DNA of 17,376 nucleotides from a virus (Duplodnaviria; Heunggongvirae; Uroviricota; Caudoviricetes): IMG/VR virus record IMGVR_UViG_2541047431_000017; one strand, 5' to 3'. Shown piece by piece: positions 14,973 to 17,376 of this stretch (position 1 is its first letter; each line of letters starts with the position of its first letter). The notes under the pieces were generated by a model. It saw only the letters and a program-made list of their open reading frames with translations, ran no database searches and was not told where the DNA came from. The position numbers and the translations under genes were made by a program.

Positions 14973-15180
14973 ATGGAAAAAAATCACAACGGGTGTGTCA
15001 TACACCACGTCAGCGGTGGGGACGGGATACTGGTTACTGCAGCTGCTGGACAAAGTCTCTCCGTCCCAGTGGGTGGCGATAGGCGTGCTGGGGAGTCTGC
15101 TGTTTGGGCTGCTGACATATCTGACGAACCTGTATTTCAAGATTAAAGAAGACCGGCGTAAGGCGGCGCGGGGAGAGTAA
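14973..15180 (+). CDS. holin (Stx-phage S-type, about 70 aa), start codon out of frame through an A7 tract
   Basis: The hydrophobic frame ([66 protein letters not shown]) ends at 15180. The only SD-preceded ATG (14973, GGAG 10 nt upstream) is in another frame and is joined to it through AAAAAAA at 14977-14983. Confidence 0.6.
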
Positions 15181-15184
15181 AGTG

Positions 15185-15406
15185 ATGAAGAAAAAATACG
15201 AACTGGTTGTTAAAGGGATAAATAATTACCCGGATAAGATTACTGTTACTGTGGCACCGGAAATTGGTGGGTATCCGTCACTGTTGTTGCCAGATGTGGC
15301 GATTAGTCTTGACCGTACTGAAGGTGCCACGCTGGAGTTTTACGAAGCTGAGGCGAAAAAGCAGGCGAAGCAGTTTTTTCATGGATGTTGCTGCCGGGTT
15401 ATGTGA
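15185..15406 (+). CDS. small hypothetical protein between holin and endolysin
   Basis: ATG at 15185 with a GGGGAG SD. 73 aa. Overlaps a second small ORF (ATG 15380, ending 15530) in another frame across a T6 run. Confidence 0.35.
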   Translation: MKKKYELVVKGINNYPDKITVTVAPEIGGYPSLLLPDVAISLDRTEGATLEFYEAEAKKQAKQFFHGCCCRVM

Positions 15407-15580
15407 AGGGGATGGTCCGTTACCGGAAAAGCGTCCCGTAATTTTAGAGGCGCAGGATGTGTTGATAACCTACAGAGGAAAACTACCGGGAATAATTACG
15501 GGTTCTCTGAAGACTCCACCGCTGGCCTGAAGACTTAACATATCCAGGGATTTGAAATCGATAAACCCTGATAAATATCC

Positions 15581-15781
15581 ATGAACGCAAAAATCAGATA
15601 CGGCCTGTCGGCTGCCGTTCTGGCGCTGATTGGTGCAGGGGCGTCTGCGCCTGAAATCCTCGACCAGTTTCTGGATGAAAAGGAGGTAACCACACCACAG
15701 CATACCGTGATGGTGCGGGTATCTGGACCATCTGCCGTGGAGCCACCCGGGGGGATGGTAAGCCTGTTATTCCTGGCATGA
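15581..15781 (+). CDS. endolysin (lysozyme R-type), N-terminal fragment; gene frameshifted
   Basis: MNAKIRYGLSAAVLALIGAGASAPEILDQFLDEKE matches the signal-anchor N-terminus of Stx-phage R endolysins as I recall them. After about residue 35 the frame no longer looks lysozyme-like. Confidence 0.6.
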   Translation: MNAKIRYGLSAAVLALIGAGASAPEILDQFLDEKEVTTPQHTVMVRVSGPSAVEPPGGMVSLLFLA

Positions 15782-16113
15782 AGCTGTCGAAGGAAAAATG
15801 CGACCGGGTTAACGCCATTGAGCGTGATAAGGCGCTGGCATGGGTGGAGAAAAACATCAGAGTGCCGCTGACCGAACCCCAGAAAGCGGGGATCGCGTCA
15901 TTCTGTCCGTACAACATTGGCCCCGGTAAGTGTTTCCCGTCGACGTTTTACAGACGGATTAATGCAGGAGATCGAAAAGGTGCCTGCGAAGCGATTCGCT
16001 GGTGGATTAAGGACGGTGGCAGAGACTGCCGTATTCGTTCAAACAACTGTTACGGTCAGGTATCCCGTCGTGACCAGGAGAGCGCGCTGGCGTGCTGGGG
16101 AATCGACAGATAA
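15679..16113 (+). CDS. endolysin, C-terminal portion in the -1 frame
   Basis: Frame open from 15679 (GNHTTAYRDGAGIWTICRGATRGDGKPVIPGMKLSKEKCDRVNAIERDKALAWVEKN...ACWGIDR). First ATG is at 15778, which is the ORF-track start. Contiguous lysozyme homology across the break point. Confidence 0.6.
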   Translation, partial: KGGNHTTAYRDGAGIWTICRGATRGDGKPVIPGMKLSKEKCDRVNAIERDKALAWVEKNIRVPLTEPQKAGIASFCPYNIGPGKCFPSTFYRRINAGDRKGACEAIRWWIKDGGRDCRIRSNNCYGQVSRRDQESALACWGIDR

Positions 16114-16383
16114 GAAGAATATTTTGCTGAAAAATGAGGTTTGCTTACATGGACGGATAACACGAAATCCTGCAAATTGGCAAAATGTAAGTGAATAAAG
16201 TCAAAACAGTTGTTTAACACTCAGGCACCGTAATGATGCCTTTGTCATTTCTGCGCATCTCACGCGCATCTCACAACACAGAACCTTTCAGGATGACCCT
16301 TGAGGATACCGGTTTGGCTGTCGGTGCCTTTCTGTGGGCTGGATTCCTGTGAGACAAGGTTCATCACTAAAAGGAAATAACCG

Positions 16384-16953
16384 ATGAATATGATGGCCGT
16401 GCCGTTTCACGGCAACTCTCTTTATGTAGTTAACCATAATGGCGAACCATACGTTCCCATGAAACCTGTCGTTGCGGGGATGGGGCTGGCCTGGCAATCA
16501 CAGTTGGCTAAGTTAAGACAGCGTTTTGCGTCAACTATAACGGAAATCGTTATGGTTGCTGAGGATGGGAAACAACGCAATATGGTGTCCATGCCACTTC
16601 GAAAACTTGCCGGCTGGCTACAAACCATTAATCCCAACAAAGTAAAACCCGAAATCCGCGATAAGGTCATCCGGTATCAGGAAGAGTGCGACGATGTTCT
16701 TTACGAGTACTGGACGAAGGGTTTTGTCGTTAATCCCCGTAAAATGAGCGTGATGGAAGAACTCAACCAGGCTTGTGCTGACATGAAACGGGATAAAAAC
16801 ATTGCCAGTGTGTTTGCTACCGGGCTGAATGAGTGGAAACAGGTTAAAGCCGCGCATGTATCAAAAATCCGTACGCTGGTAAATGAAGCGAATATGCTGA
16901 TTGATTTTGTCCTGGCTGATACAGGCAAAGGGAAAATAACAAAGGCGGATTGA
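16384..16953 (+). CDS. phage antirepressor (Bro-N / Ant-like domain protein)
   Basis: AAAGGA SD. N-terminus (VPFHGNSLYVVNHNGEPYVPMKPVVAGMGLAWQSQ) is characteristic of the Bro-N/AntA family. Sits between endolysin and Rz as in Stx-type phages. Confidence 0.7.
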   Translation: MNMMAVPFHGNSLYVVNHNGEPYVPMKPVVAGMGLAWQSQLAKLRQRFASTITEIVMVAEDGKQRNMVSMPLRKLAGWLQTINPNKVKPEIRDKVIRYQEECDDVLYEYWTKGFVVNPRKMSVMEELNQACADMKRDKNIASVFATGLNEWKQVKAAHVSKIRTLVNEANMLIDFVLADTGKGKITKAD

Positions 16954-17099
16954 TGGGGTGGCTAATGATATCAGATAAACTCATAACGCTGGTGAAGAGC
17001 CTCTGTGTACTTGTCGGCATTTCATTTTTAGTCATGCTGGTTGCCATTTTCTTTTCCACCGCCTGGCGAGTCCTGACGTTATCGGGACTGGTGGGGTGA
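16953..17099 (+). CDS. small hydrophobic (membrane) protein, 48 aa
   Basis: ATG overlaps the antirepressor stop as ATGA. Product [48 protein letters not shown] has one clear TM segment. Below the ORF-track size cutoff. Confidence 0.35.
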   Translation: MGWLMISDKLITLVKSLCVLVGISFLVMLVAIFFSTAWRVLTLSGLVG

Positions 17100-17106
17100 A
17101 AGAGAG

Positions 17107-17376
17107 ATGAACCGTGTTCTGTGTGTGGTGATTATTGTCCTGGCGGTTGGCTATGGTGCGCTGTGGCTGGCAACAAACCATTACCGTGACAACGCGCTCA
17201 CCTACAAAGCGCAGCGCGATAAAAAAGCCAGAGAGCTGGAACAGGCGAATGCCACCATTACTGACATGCAGGTGCGCCAGCGTGATGTTGCTGCGCTCGA
17301 TGCAAAATACTCGAGGGAGTTAGCCGATGCGAGAGCTGAAAATGAAACTCTGCGTGCTGATGTTGCCGCTGGTCGT
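17107..17376 (+). CDS. Rz i-spanin, 5' part (continues past the window end)
   Basis: [91 protein letters not shown]-terminal TM plus coiled-coil typical of Rz. No stop reached in the window. Confidence 0.7.
   Translation, partial: MNRVLCVVIIVLAVGYGALWLATNHYRDNALTYKAQRDKKARELEQANATITDMQVRQRDVAALDAKYSRELADARAENETLRADVAAGR

Noticed and set aside
15917-16198. 93-aa ORF in another frame inside the endolysin 3' region (considered as a possible embedded gene)
   Set aside because: Arg-rich, no ribosome-binding site, and the true spanin pair begins further downstream at Rz (17107). Judged a shadow ORF.
16288-17059. Minus-strand ORFs (16288..16497, 16422..16670, 16618..16857, 16701..16928, 16844..17059) opposite the antirepressor gene
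   Set aside because: Antisense to a gene with a recognisable Bro-N domain and good translation signals.
17135-17323. 62-aa ORF in a different frame inside Rz (considered as Rz1)
   Set aside because: The translation has no lipoprotein signal or lipobox Cys and is Arg/Ser-rich. A genuine embedded Rz1 would be expected further downstream, probably beyond the window.
1-17376. CRISPR arrays, integrase, or attachment sites
   Set aside because: No regularly spaced direct repeats with unique spacers were seen, and no tyrosine- or serine-recombinase-like ORF. The only transposition-type element is the IS629-type insertion.

Overview
This window reads as the early-to-late core of a lambdoid, Stx-phage-like prophage from an enterobacterial (E. 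coli-type) genome, with no stx genes present. Order on the + strand: DicA-like repressor (- strand) with a divergent operator region, YdaS-like and YdaT-like genes, O-like and P-like replication genes, a wHTH gene that carries an in-frame amber codon and is split by a 1310-bp IS629-type insertion, an AT-rich island with an orphan secreted substrate-binding-protein gene, a hok/mok toxin, two small ORFs, a DUF968/YdfU-like gene, rusA, a Q-like antiterminator with a tR'-like terminator, a DNA methyltransferase, an ileZ-like and an argO-like tRNA, a NanS-p-like esterase directly where stx would sit, then holin, endolysin, a Bro-N antirepressor and the start of Rz. The methyltransferase, holin and endolysin each appear broken by a single-base frameshift, so this is either a decaying cryptic prophage or a sequence with indel errors. 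All protein identifications are from my own reading of the translations and recalled family signatures; no database search was run.
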